A stretch of DNA of 64,000 bases, taken from contig CBDCWR010000007.1 of the NCBI GenBank assembly GCA_965223385.1, forward strand, positions 2,498,301 through 2,562,300, written 5' to 3'. Made by a program: the position numbers and the translations under genes. Origin of the DNA: Candidatus Multivoraceae bacterium. GTDB lineage: Bacteria > Acidobacteriota > Thermoanaerobaculia > Multivoradales > Multivoraceae. A model generated the notes under the pieces. That model saw only the letters and a list, made by a program, of their open reading frames with translations, was not told where the DNA came from and made no database searches. The stretch's first letter is position 1. Each line of letters opens with the position of its first letter. Shown here one piece after another: positions 9,177 to 18,105 of the stretch.

Positions 9177-9890
9177 CTAGCTGGAGCCGTCAGCTTCTTC
9201 GCCGAGGGGCGCAGGCTGACGGCTCCTGCGGCTCCGTAGGGCCGAGACCAGGACAATGGCCAGGACGATCCACGGCAGGAACTTCACGGCGCCCGAGTTG
9301 AACGCCTCGGCGACCTGCGCCATGGCGTCGAAGAAGTAGACCAGGCCAACGACCGACAGCACGTGGCCGCTGAACACCGAAGCGAAGACGACGGACGGCC
9401 GCATGCCGAGGAGGTAGCCCACGACACCTCCGATCAGGGCGCCGGTGCTCCAGAAGGGGAAGAAGACGAAGATCCAGAGGCCCAGGGCCCCGAGGGGCTC
9501 GACCTTCGCCTTGTGCAGCTCGGCTGTCTGCCGCACCGCCTCGAGCCGCCGGCCGACGAAGGTCTTCTGGGCTGCTCCCTGACAGACGGCGACGAGCGGA
9601 GGGTAGGCGACCAGCAGCAGGATGATGTCCTGGAGGCCCGACTGGAAGAGCAGGTAGCTCTTCGAGAAGCCCAAGGCCACGCCGTCGGCCACGTTCACGA
9701 GACGCCCGAGGAATGCGAGCTCGAGGACGAGCCGCCAGCCCTGCGCGTAGGGGTCTGGGTGGAAGATGCCCCAGGCCACGAGCACCGTTGCCCAGAAGGC
9801 GAACAGAGCCCAGCCGACGGGCGCGATCCAGGCCGGCGCCTGCGCGGTCGGGGGCTGCGATTCTGAGGCGGTGGAGGTCACGGGGTCCAA
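9177..9890 (-). CDS. Hypothetical polytopic membrane protein.
   Basis: 237 aa with 5-6 predicted TM helices. No diagnostic motif was recognised. Confidence 0.5.
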   Translation of the reverse strand: MDPVTSTASESQPPTAQAPAWIAPVGWALFAFWATVLVAWGIFHPDPYAQGWRLVLELAFLGRLVNVADGVALGFSKSYLLFQSGLQDIILLLVAYPPLVAVCQGAAQKTFVGRRLEAVRQTAELHKAKVEPLGALGLWIFVFFPFWSTGALIGGVVGYLLGMRPSVVFASVFSGHVLSVVGLVYFFDAMAQVAEAFNSGAVKFLPWIVLAIVLVSALRSRRSRQPAPLGEEADGSS

Positions 9891-10049
9891 CGAGACTACG
9901 CGGGAAGTGCTTCGGAGTTACGACGAGCGCCCGCCGCGGCGCCGCCACCGCGTTCGATTCGGCCCGGATCCCGGCGCTTTGCACCGGCTTGTCGCCCGCC
10001 CGTGGCGGCCGCCCGCTACAGTGGTGAGGGTACTTCCGGGAGAAAAGCC

Positions 10050-12458
10050 ATGTCCTCGTTCCTCACGCAGCTCACTCAGGACACCCGCTACGCCGTGCGC
10101 GGCCTCCTCCGGCGGCCCGGCTTCACGCTCCTCGGCATCGCAACCCTCGCGCTGGGGATCGGTGCGGTGGTGGCCATGTGGAGCGCAGTCGACGCGGTCC
10201 TGCTGGAGCCGCTGCCGTACGCCGATCCGGATCGGCTCGTCGTGGTGTGGCAGGACCACCAACAGGTCGAAGGACCCCGGGACGAGTGGGTTTCGGCCGA
10301 CAACTTCTTCGTCTGGCGCGAACAGAGTCGCCTCCTGGACGGGATGTTTCTCATCGGGGGCACCGCCCCCACCCTCCAAGGCTCGGCGGGCATCCTTCCC
10401 GAGCGTCTTCAGGGCGCCGCGGTCTCGCATGGCGCACTCGAAAGCCTCGGGGTCACCCCGGAGTTGGGACGCACCTTCTCCGAAGAAGAGAACCGCGCGG
10501 GCGGGGAGCGCGTGGCTCTGCTCGGGCACGCGCTCTGGACCCGGCGCTTCGAGGCGGATCCTGCAGTCGTCGGCGCGAAGATCTCGCTGGACGGGATGCC
10601 GACCACGGTGGTCGGGGTCGCGCCCGCGGGCTTCGAGGTGCCGTTCGTGGGTGCGGTCGACATCGTGCTGCCTGCGGCAGTCGATTCGACGAACTCCTGC
10701 GGACACGGGTGCGTGACGTTCCGCAGCGTGGCGCGCCTCGCCCCCGGGGCGTCTCTCGAGGCCGCACAAGGGGAGATGGACGCGATTCAGGCGCAGCTCG
10801 CGCAGGACTTCGCCGCCAACCGCGACATCGGCATCTGGCTCGAACCGCTCGGGATGCGGGCGACAGCGCCGTATCGGACGGGTCTCTGGGTGCTTCTCGG
10901 AGCGGTGGCGGCAGTCCTGTTGATCGCGTGCACGAACGTGGCGAACCTCACGCTCGCGCGGCTCGCTGGGCGTGACCAGGAGATCGGCGTGCGCGTCGCC
11001 CTCGGAGCCGGGCGGCGCCGTGTGGTGAGCCAGATGCTCTGCGAGTCGCTGGTGCTCGCCGCTGCAGGTGCCCTGGCCGGGCTGGGGCTCGCCGTTCTCG
11101 GAGTCCGGCTGCTGCGCGAGATGGCACCCGCCAGCGCGACGCGCTTTCAGGAGATCTCGCTGAGTGGCCAGGCGCTGGGCCTGGCTCTCGGTCTGGCGGT
11201 GCTCACCGGCCTGGGGGCCGGGCTTGCGCCGGCGCTGCGGTCGGGAGCTCGAGCGGCAGCCGCGCGGGGGGGCCTCGGTGCGGGAGCCCGGCTGCGCCGC
11301 GCGCTCGTCGTGGTCCAGGTCGCTCTCGCGACCGTCCTGCTCATTGGCGGAGGGCTGTTGGCGCGGAGCTTCGCCGAGCTGATGCAGGTCGATCCGGGCT
11401 TTCGGACGGACGGGCTCCTGACCCAGCAGATCTTCCTCCCGCCGGGTGGCTACCCCGAGATGGGCGACGTGCGCTCCTTCGTGGAGCGCCTGGAGCAATC
11501 GGTGCAACGGCTCCCGGGCGTGGTCGAGGCGGGAGTCGTGAACAGCCTTCCACTCACCGGGGCCGACGGCGACCAGGGCTTCCTGATCCAGGGCCGGCAG
11601 CGGGCCCAGGGGGAGCGACCGCCGGTCGCGTGGACCCGCCTCGTGAGCAGTGGGTATCTGCGCGCGGCGCAGCCGCCCCTCGTCGCAGGGCGCCTCCTCG
11701 CCGCCTCGGACGGTGCCGAGGCACCGCCTGTCGCGCTGGTGAACGAGGCCGCGGCGCGCCGCTACTGGCCGGACGGCGACGCCTTGGGGGCTCGCATTCT
11801 CCTGAGCCGTAGCGGCCCAGAGATCGAGGTGGTGGGGATCCTGGGTGACGCGCGTCAGTTCGGGATCGCCGAGCCCGACCGCCCGGCGCTCTATCTGCCG
11901 TTTGCGCAGCAGCCCGGACGGTTCATGAGCGTCGTCCTGCGCAGTGAAGGGCCGCCCGAGGCGCAGGCGCCGCACGTGGCCGCCGTCGTGGCGGCTCTCG
12001 ACCCGACTCTCGCCGTTTCCGGCGTCTCGACCATGCGCGAGCTCGTGCGCCAGTCGGTGTCCGTCCCGAGGCTGCTGCGCACCGTTCTGGTGGGCTTCGC
12101 GGCGGTCGCGATGCTTCTTGCAGCGATGGGGATCTACGGCATCATGGCCTTCACCGTGCGGCGGAGCCAGTCCGAGCTCGGTCTGCGCATGGCGCTCGGT
12201 GCATCACCAGGGCAGGTGCTCGGCCGGGTCCTCGCGTCGGGCGCCGCTCTCGCGGGGGTGGGTCTCCTGCTCGGGCTGCTGGTCGCTCTGGGCTCGGCAC
12301 GCCTCCTCGCGTCGCAGCTCTTCGCGGTGAGCCCCTACGACGCGCTCACCTTTGCCGGCGTGATCGCGACGCTCCTGGCGGCGGCTCTGCTGGCGACGCT
12401 CCTGCCCGCGCTGCGGGCCATGCGCGTGGATCCGCAGTCGGCGCTGCGCCAGGAGTAG
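10050..12458 (+). CDS. ABC transporter permease, ADOP-type duplicated FtsX/MacB-like permease.
   Basis: RBS GGGAGAAAAGCC precedes the ATG at 10050 (M17 of the track ORF). The N-terminus is ..RYAVRGLLRRPGFT. There are two FtsX-like 4-TM modules, each with a large periplasmic domain. No adjacent ABC ATPase gene. Confidence 0.85.
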   Translation: MSSFLTQLTQDTRYAVRGLLRRPGFTLLGIATLALGIGAVVAMWSAVDAVLLEPLPYADPDRLVVVWQDHQQVEGPRDEWVSADNFFVWREQSRLLDGMFLIGGTAPTLQGSAGILPERLQGAAVSHGALESLGVTPELGRTFSEEENRAGGERVALLGHALWTRRFEADPAVVGAKISLDGMPTTVVGVAPAGFEVPFVGAVDIVLPAAVDSTNSCGHGCVTFRSVARLAPGASLEAAQGEMDAIQAQLAQDFAANRDIGIWLEPLGMRATAPYRTGLWVLLGAVAAVLLIACTNVANLTLARLAGRDQEIGVRVALGAGRRRVVSQMLCESLVLAAAGALAGLGLAVLGVRLLREMAPASATRFQEISLSGQALGLALGLAVLTGLGAGLAPALRSGARAAAARGGLGAGARLRRALVVVQVALATVLLIGGGLLARSFAELMQVDPGFRTDGLLTQQIFLPPGGYPEMGDVRSFVERLEQSVQRLPGVVEAGVVNSLPLTGADGDQGFLIQGRQRAQGERPPVAWTRLVSSGYLRAAQPPLVAGRLLAASDGAEAPPVALVNEAAARRYWPDGDALGARILLSRSGPEIEVVGILGDARQFGIAEPDRPALYLPFAQQPGRFMSVVLRSEGPPEAQAPHVAAVVAALDPTLAVSGVSTMRELVRQSVSVPRLLRTVLVGFAAVAMLLAAMGIYGIMAFTVRRSQSELGLRMALGASPGQVLGRVLASGAALAGVGLLLGLLVALGSARLLASQLFAVSPYDALTFAGVIATLLAAALLATLLPALRAMRVDPQSALRQE

Positions 12459-12475
12459 ATGCGCGGGGTGCGCGG

Positions 12476-13531
12476 TCAGACGAGGGAGTCCGCAGCCGTT
12501 GTCACCCGCGAGCTCCCCAGCAGCGGGCCACACAGGGCATAGTCCCGCACGGCGACGACGCGGCTCTCCGAGGCATCGGCTTCGGCCGAATTCTTCGCGA
12601 CGTGAACGCGGATCGCCCAGGCCGGTGTCTCGCCGCCCAGGTCCTCGGGCCGCCCCGAGCGGAAGCAGAGGAGGACCGGCTCGCCCTCGACCCAGCCTGG
12701 TTCCAGGCGGAACGAGCCCTCGAGGAGGCCGTAGTTGACGACGTAGCGGTCGAGCAGGACCTCGCGCGTGCCGTCTTCGAGCACCCCGACCACGTCGAGC
12801 TTGAGATCGTCGGCGAGAAGCTCGGCCAGCGCGGGCCAGTCGCGGGCGTTGAACCGGTTGCAGTACTCCTGCAGCAGCTCGAGCGTTTCACGGTCTCCGG
12901 CGTGGGTCCGCGGGAAGCCGGCGGGGTGCGCCTTGCGGAGAGCTTCGAGCTTCGCGCGACCCCGATGGAGCGCGGCCTTCACCGCGCCACGCGTACAGCC
13001 GACGCTGGCCGCCACCTCGTCGAGCGAGAGGTCGAGGACGTCCTTGAGCACCACGCACGAGCGCTCGCGCGGCGGCAGCTCGGTGACGAGGTGCTCGAGA
13101 GCGCGAGTGGCCTGTTGACGGTGGTCGAGGACGTCCTCGGCCCGGCGGGTGCACGGCTCCGCCGCCTCGTCTTCGAGACCATCGCTGTTGGCCGTGAAGC
13201 GCTGGCGCCGCAGGCCGTCGATGCATCGGTTGTGTGCGATGCGGTAGAGGAGTGGTGCGAGGGGGCGGCTGGAGTCGAGAGTGTCGAGACGGAAGAAGGC
13301 GGCCGCGAGCGTGTCCTGCACGACGTCTTCGCCATCGAGAGGGGAGCCCATCATGCGGGTGCAGTAGCGATGGAGTGCGCCTCGCAGCGGCTCCACCTCG
13401 GCGAGAAAGCGCGCCTGGGCGCTGGCTGGATCGCGAAAAGGGGGCGCGTCACGCACGCCGCTCGCGCGCGGGGCGAGATCGTCGGCCTGGTCTCCCCGTC
13501 CAGGGGCGCGAGAAGAGGGTTCTGGGGTCAT
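12476..13531 (-). CDS. ECF (sigma-70 family) RNA polymerase sigma factor with a ~150-aa C-terminal NTF2/SnoaL-like extension.
   Basis: Sigma region 2 (LHRYCTRMMGS..DGEDVVQDTL) and region 4 (LPPRERSCVVLKDVLDLSLDEVAASVGCTRGAVKAALHRGRAKL). GGAGG RBS. Confidence 0.75.
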   Translation of the reverse strand: MTPEPSSRAPGRGDQADDLAPRASGVRDAPPFRDPASAQARFLAEVEPLRGALHRYCTRMMGSPLDGEDVVQDTLAAAFFRLDTLDSSRPLAPLLYRIAHNRCIDGLRRQRFTANSDGLEDEAAEPCTRRAEDVLDHRQQATRALEHLVTELPPRERSCVVLKDVLDLSLDEVAASVGCTRGAVKAALHRGRAKLEALRKAHPAGFPRTHAGDRETLELLQEYCNRFNARDWPALAELLADDLKLDVVGVLEDGTREVLLDRYVVNYGLLEGSFRLEPGWVEGEPVLLCFRSGRPEDLGGETPAWAIRVHVAKNSAEADASESRVVAVRDYALCGPLLGSSRVTTAADSLV

Positions 13532-13815
13532 GAGGCCTCCGGGATCTTGATGGATGTGCCGGGCGCGATCGCACTCCGCCTGGTGCGGGAGCGCCTTTTG
13601 TTCTACGAACGAGAGGCCACGGAAGATACGCCGCGCGAGGTTGCGGTCCGGACTGGGGTGAATGGTGCCGGTCGCGGGACGGGTGAACGACTCCTTCGCG
13701 CGGCCTGACGCGTGTCACACCCGAACCTCGGGCGCGCGTGCGTCGATCGGGAGCCGGCGCGCATTCGGCGGGTCGGGACCCGGTGTCGCAGCGGCCGCAG
13801 ATCAGGAGACACGGA

Positions 13816-14511
13816 ATGATGACGAAGTGGCTAGAACGGCGGCATCCCTCAGGAAGTGCGCGGCGCGCTCTGCAACCGGCGAGGTGTCTGGTCGGCGCAG
13901 TAGGGCTCGTCTGGGCGGGCCTCGTCTGCGCGGCCGGCGCTGCGTCAGCGGGTGCAGGTGATGACTTGGAGCCCGAAACGCTGAGCTTCGAGACGCGAAC
14001 CGAGCTCGTTCAGATGCTGCTCGCGTCGCAGGCCCGGACGCTCGAGCTCGCGCAGCAGGTGCCAGAGGATGCCTGGAATGTGAGAGCTCGAGAGGGGCGA
14101 TGGTCGGTGGGAGAGATCGTGGAGCACCTCGCGCTCGCCGAAGGCCAGGTGATGGGCGTGGTGCAGAGGCTGATCGAGGGTGAGAGACACCCCGACTGGC
14201 AGACGCTCGACCGACTCCCGCTGCGCCGGATCGTCGAGCTCGGGGCGGATCGGGGGCGCAGGTTCGAGGCTCCCGAGCCCTTGGAGCCCAGCGGGAAGCT
14301 CGCGCGTCGCGACGTGCTCGAGAGCTGGGTGGTGGCACGTGCGGAGTCGGTGCGCTTCGTGCTCGAGACGCAGGCCGCCCTGCGCACCGTCGCCGCGCAG
14401 GCGCCAATCGGCCAGGTGCTCGACGGAGAGGGCTGGCTGGCGCTCCTCGCGGCGCACAACCAGCGTCACAACGCGCAGCTCGAAGAGGTCGTGCGCGCCC
14501 TGAACCGCTGA
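13816..14511 (+). CDS. DinB/YfiT-like family protein.
   Basis: RBS AGGAGA lies 6 nt before the ATG at 13816. It has a four-helix-bundle signature with His residues (EHLALAEGQ ... HNQRHNAQLEE). Confidence 0.65.
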   Translation: MMTKWLERRHPSGSARRALQPARCLVGAVGLVWAGLVCAAGAASAGAGDDLEPETLSFETRTELVQMLLASQARTLELAQQVPEDAWNVRAREGRWSVGEIVEHLALAEGQVMGVVQRLIEGERHPDWQTLDRLPLRRIVELGADRGRRFEAPEPLEPSGKLARRDVLESWVVARAESVRFVLETQAALRTVAAQAPIGQVLDGEGWLALLAAHNQRHNAQLEEVVRALNR

Positions 14512-14527
14512 GGAGCCCGGCCCGGCG

Positions 14528-17500
14528 TCAGTTTCCGGCGCCAACCTCCACGCCGGGCCACGCGCTCCACCACCACTGCGCGGGAAGCGGCTTCTCCTCC
14601 GGGTAGACCTGGTCGAGGGTCTCCGCCTCGTACAGCTCGCCATTCTTCATCACGTGCTCCACCGTGTTGGTGAGACGGATGTCGTCGAGAGGGTTGCCGC
14701 CGAGCACCACGAGATCGGCGATCTTCCCGGGGGTGATGCTTCCCAGGTCCTGAGCCAGGCCGATGATCCGTGCTCCCCCGAGCGTGGCGGCGTAGAGCAC
14801 CTCCCGTGGGGTCATGCCACCGGCCGCGAGTGACTCCATCTCCCAGTGGTAGCCGAGCCCCTGGAGCTGGCCGTGGGCGCCGACGCCGACGCGCCCGCCG
14901 GCGCGGTGGATGCGACCCGCCGACTCCGCGAGCATCGGGAAGACGTGCTCGTCGGGCCGGAACCAGATGCGCTTGCGCGAGACCCCGTCGATGAGGTCGT
15001 GTGGCATGAAGCGCCGCAGGCGCGCGTCGTCGTGGGGCGCGTCGCGCGTGAAGAACGCGTTCTCGGCCCAGGGCCCACCGTAGGCGACGAGAAGGGTCGG
15101 CGTGTAGCTCGTACCCTCCGCGTAGAGCTCGACGACATCCTTGTAGAGCGGCACCACGGGCAGGGAGTGCTCGTTGCCCGTGAAGCCGTCGATGGCGTGG
15201 GTGAGGTCCATCTCCATGTCGAGACCACCCTCGGTGGTGGGCATCATTTCGAGCTCGTAGGCCGCCTGTGCGAGCAGCTGACGCTGCTTGCGGTTGCCGG
15301 TGAGGTAGGCCTTCAGGTTGCGCGCGCCGTAGTGGTCCCGATACCTCCGCAGCACGCCTTCGGCCTGCGCCTTCGTCTTGAAGTCGTTGTCGGAGAAGAC
15401 GCCCGGGCCGGTGGAGTACGCCCTTGGGCCGAGCACCTCGCCCGCGTCGATCAGATCCTGGTAGGCGAACATGTCGTTGGACATGGTCTGCACGTCGAGA
15501 CCGGTGGTGACTCCCCACGCGAGCGACGCGAGAAACGGCCACGACTCGACGTCGAGCACGCGCCGGCGGATCTCGGTCCAGTGCGCGTGGGTGTCGACGA
15601 ACCCGGGGAGGACCGTCTTGCCGGACGTGTCGATGCGGCGCGTGCCCTCGGGGACGTCCAGGGATCCGCTCGCGCCCACGGCCTCGATGCGGCGCCCACG
15701 GACGAGCACGTCGCCTCGTTCGAAGACTTCGTCGCCGTTCATCGTGACCACCCGCCCGCCGGTGAGAAGCACCGTTCCCGACGGCTCCGCCCGCGGCAGC
15801 TCGGCCACGAGGTCGATGCGCGTGGCCTCGGGGAAGTCCGGGCCGTCGGCTTCTTCCTCGGCCTCCTCGCTGTCCTCCGAGGCATCGTCTGCGGAGTCGC
15901 CCGTGCTCTCGCCGTCCCCCGGCGTCTTGGGCTCCCAGTCGAGGTCGGCGAGAGGCGTGGAGTAGAAGGCGGCGCCCACGGCCCAGGCAATGGTGTCGCC
16001 GCCGTCCGCCCAGTGCATCAGATCGGCACCGAGGTCGCTCAGCTGCTTCACGGGCACACTCGGGGAATCGATGTTCACCACGGGAGCCTTGCCGACCCGG
16101 GGAACCGCGACCACGTAGAAGCGGTTGCTCACGCGGGCGATGGCCCAGCCGCCTCCTGGATGAATCTGGATCTCCTGGGCCGAGACCGGCTCGGACGCCG
16201 AGTAGAAGCCCGGCCCTTTCACTTCGAGGTGGGTGCGGCGATCCGTGCCGTCGAGCTTCATGGAGATGAGGCCCTGACCGGAGACCACGTAGATGCGGTC
16301 CGGCTCCGGCCCGAAGTGAGGCGTGGCGACGCCGCGCGACGGAGCGATGAGACGCGCCGCGCCGCCCGTGCTCGGGATCTCGACGAGATCGAGCTGAAGA
16401 GGTGAGCGGCCGAACTCTCCCGGCATCTCGAGGCGCGCGTGCCGGCCGCCGCGCAAGCTCACGATCGTCTCGCCGTCCGGGGCCCAGACGGGCTGGGCGT
16501 AGAAGGCGGGGCGGTTGGTCAGCTGCTGCGGTGTGCCCCCCGCAGCCGGCACGCGCCACACGTGGCCGCCGTCGCGCTCCCACGTGACGTAGGCGACCGA
16601 CGCGCCGTCGGGTGACCAGGCGGGTTGGAAGGCTCTCTGACCTTCGGCCGAGATCTGACGTGACGTACCGTCGCCGTCGGTCACGAACAGGCGGGTGAGT
16701 GCCGAGAAGGCCACCGTGTCGGACGTGGGCGAAGAGACGGCGCCCTGGACGGTGCGTGCGCGGACGGGGCCCTCCTCGACGCGGCGCGGGAAGTCGAGCA
16801 GCGGCGCGAGCTTCTGGTCGATCTGCGCAGTGAACGGGATGTCCGCCACGTCACCCGACAAGACGTTCACGCGCTTGAGCTTGCCGCCCCAGCTGACGAT
16901 GAGCTCGGATCCGTCGCTCGTGAACGCGTAGCCGGGGTAGAGGTCGCGCGAGAACAGCGACTCCTGCTCGTCGCGCTGCACGGGGTAGGCCAGCCAGCGC
17001 TCGTCGCCCGTCTCGAGGTCGCGCACCTTGATCCCGGTCTGGTTGTCGAGGCGCGTGGCGTAGGTGAGCAGCTTGCCGTCGGGGGAGAGCGCCGGGCGCA
17101 CCGCGCTGCCCTGCGCCGCCGTGAGGACGTCTTCGTCGCCGGTGTCGAGATCGCGCCGGGCGATCTGCCAGGCGGGAAAGTCCAGGTTGTAGGCGAAACC
17201 GCCGTTGCGCCGGGCGTAGTAGAGGTACTTGCCGTCCGGTGACGCCACCGCACCGAGCGCGTTGTGCTGCTGGCTCCGTGGCGTGTCCGGACCTGCCGCG
17301 GCCGTGGTCACCTGCACCCCGCTGCCCCCGTTGCGGTGGAAGGCGAAGATCTCGTAGGTGCGTTTGCCCTTGCCCATCGTCGACACGTAGACGTACTGCG
17401 CGTCGGCGGACCAGGAGGGCGACGTGAACGATCCGGCCGTCGCCTTGGAGAGCTTGCGCGGCGTGCGCGCGCCGTCGGCGTCGGGCTCGAGGGGCATCAC

Positions 17501-17905
17501 CCAGAGGTTCTGGGCCCCGTCGCGATCGCTCGTGAAGGCGATGAGCTCACCGTCGTGCGACACCGAAGGCTGCGAGTCGAAGCCCATGCCTTCCGTCAGG
17601 CGCTCGGCGGCACCGCCGCTCGTGGGAATGCGGTAGAGGTCACCCAGGATGTCGACCACTGCGTAGGCGTCGTCCGGCGTGAGCGATGCGGAGAGCCACG
17701 TGACCTCGTCTGTCTCGAGCGAGAAGGAGCGGAGGTTCTCGGAGTCCTCGAGCGGCAGACCGTCCTTCTTCTTGTCGGCCGTGCTGGCCGGCCCGGCCAG
17801 GAGAAGAGTAGCCGCCGCGAGCCCGAGGGTGGACCGCGCCCTGCGGGCGGCGCCCCGGGAGCGACGGACGAGGGTCGAGTGGGAGTGCGGTCGTGATTCA
17901 GGCAT
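14528..17905 (-). CDS. Periplasmic fusion protein: N-terminal TolB-like (PD40/WD40-like) beta-propeller plus C-terminal amidohydrolase.
   Basis: RBS AGGAGAGG upstream of the ATG at 17905. Signal peptide with an RR motif. Repeated S/T-P-DG-..-A propeller repeats. The C-terminus carries PGFVDTHAHW ... metal-binding His/Asp typical of the amidohydrolase superfamily. Confidence 0.8.
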   Translation of the reverse strand: MPESRPHSHSTLVRRSRGAARRARSTLGLAAATLLLAGPASTADKKKDGLPLEDSENLRSFSLETDEVTWLSASLTPDDAYAVVDILGDLYRIPTSGGAAERLTEGMGFDSQPSVSHDGELIAFTSDRDGAQNLWVMPLEPDADGARTPRKLSKATAGSFTSPSWSADAQYVYVSTMGKGKRTYEIFAFHRNGGSGVQVTTAAAGPDTPRSQQHNALGAVASPDGKYLYYARRNGGFAYNLDFPAWQIARRDLDTGDEDVLTAAQGSAVRPALSPDGKLLTYATRLDNQTGIKVRDLETGDERWLAYPVQRDEQESLFSRDLYPGYAFTSDGSELIVSWGGKLKRVNVLSGDVADIPFTAQIDQKLAPLLDFPRRVEEGPVRARTVQGAVSSPTSDTVAFSALTRLFVTDGDGTSRQISAEGQRAFQPAWSPDGASVAYVTWERDGGHVWRVPAAGGTPQQLTNRPAFYAQPVWAPDGETIVSLRGGRHARLEMPGEFGRSPLQLDLVEIPSTGGAARLIAPSRGVATPHFGPEPDRIYVVSGQGLISMKLDGTDRRTHLEVKGPGFYSASEPVSAQEIQIHPGGGWAIARVSNRFYVVAVPRVGKAPVVNIDSPSVPVKQLSDLGADLMHWADGGDTIAWAVGAAFYSTPLADLDWEPKTPGDGESTGDSADDASEDSEEAEEEADGPDFPEATRIDLVAELPRAEPSGTVLLTGGRVVTMNGDEVFERGDVLVRGRRIEAVGASGSLDVPEGTRRIDTSGKTVLPGFVDTHAHWTEIRRRVLDVESWPFLASLAWGVTTGLDVQTMSNDMFAYQDLIDAGEVLGPRAYSTGPGVFSDNDFKTKAQAEGVLRRYRDHYGARNLKAYLTGNRKQRQLLAQAAYELEMMPTTEGGLDMEMDLTHAIDGFTGNEHSLPVVPLYKDVVELYAEGTSYTPTLLVAYGGPWAENAFFTRDAPHDDARLRRFMPHDLIDGVSRKRIWFRPDEHVFPMLAESAGRIHRAGGRVGVGAHGQLQGLGYHWEMESLAAGGMTPREVLYAATLGGARIIGLAQDLGSITPGKIADLVVLGGNPLDDIRLTNTVEHVMKNGELYEAETLDQVYPEEKPLPAQWWWSAWPGVEVGAGN

Positions 17906-18105
17906 CAGCTCACCTCTCCTGGCCTTGCGGCAGGCGGGCTCGTTCATGGGTGCCGAGCTGCTCGCGTGCCCCCCGGCCTGCGCGAAATCGGCGTTCGGAT
18001 CGTGGGAGCCGTCATGCTAGCGGCTCGCCGAGGCTTCGGATAGCGCCGGGAGCACGGGCAGCTGAGCGTCGACATCTGGCCTCGACGTGGGCCGGCGCCC
18101 AGAGC

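Noticed and set aside
8620-9180. 186-aa plus-strand ORF filling the spacer between the tail-fiber gene and the membrane protein.
   Set aside because: Arg/Ser-rich nonsense composition. The only protein-like signal here is the short sulfatase remnant on the opposite strand.
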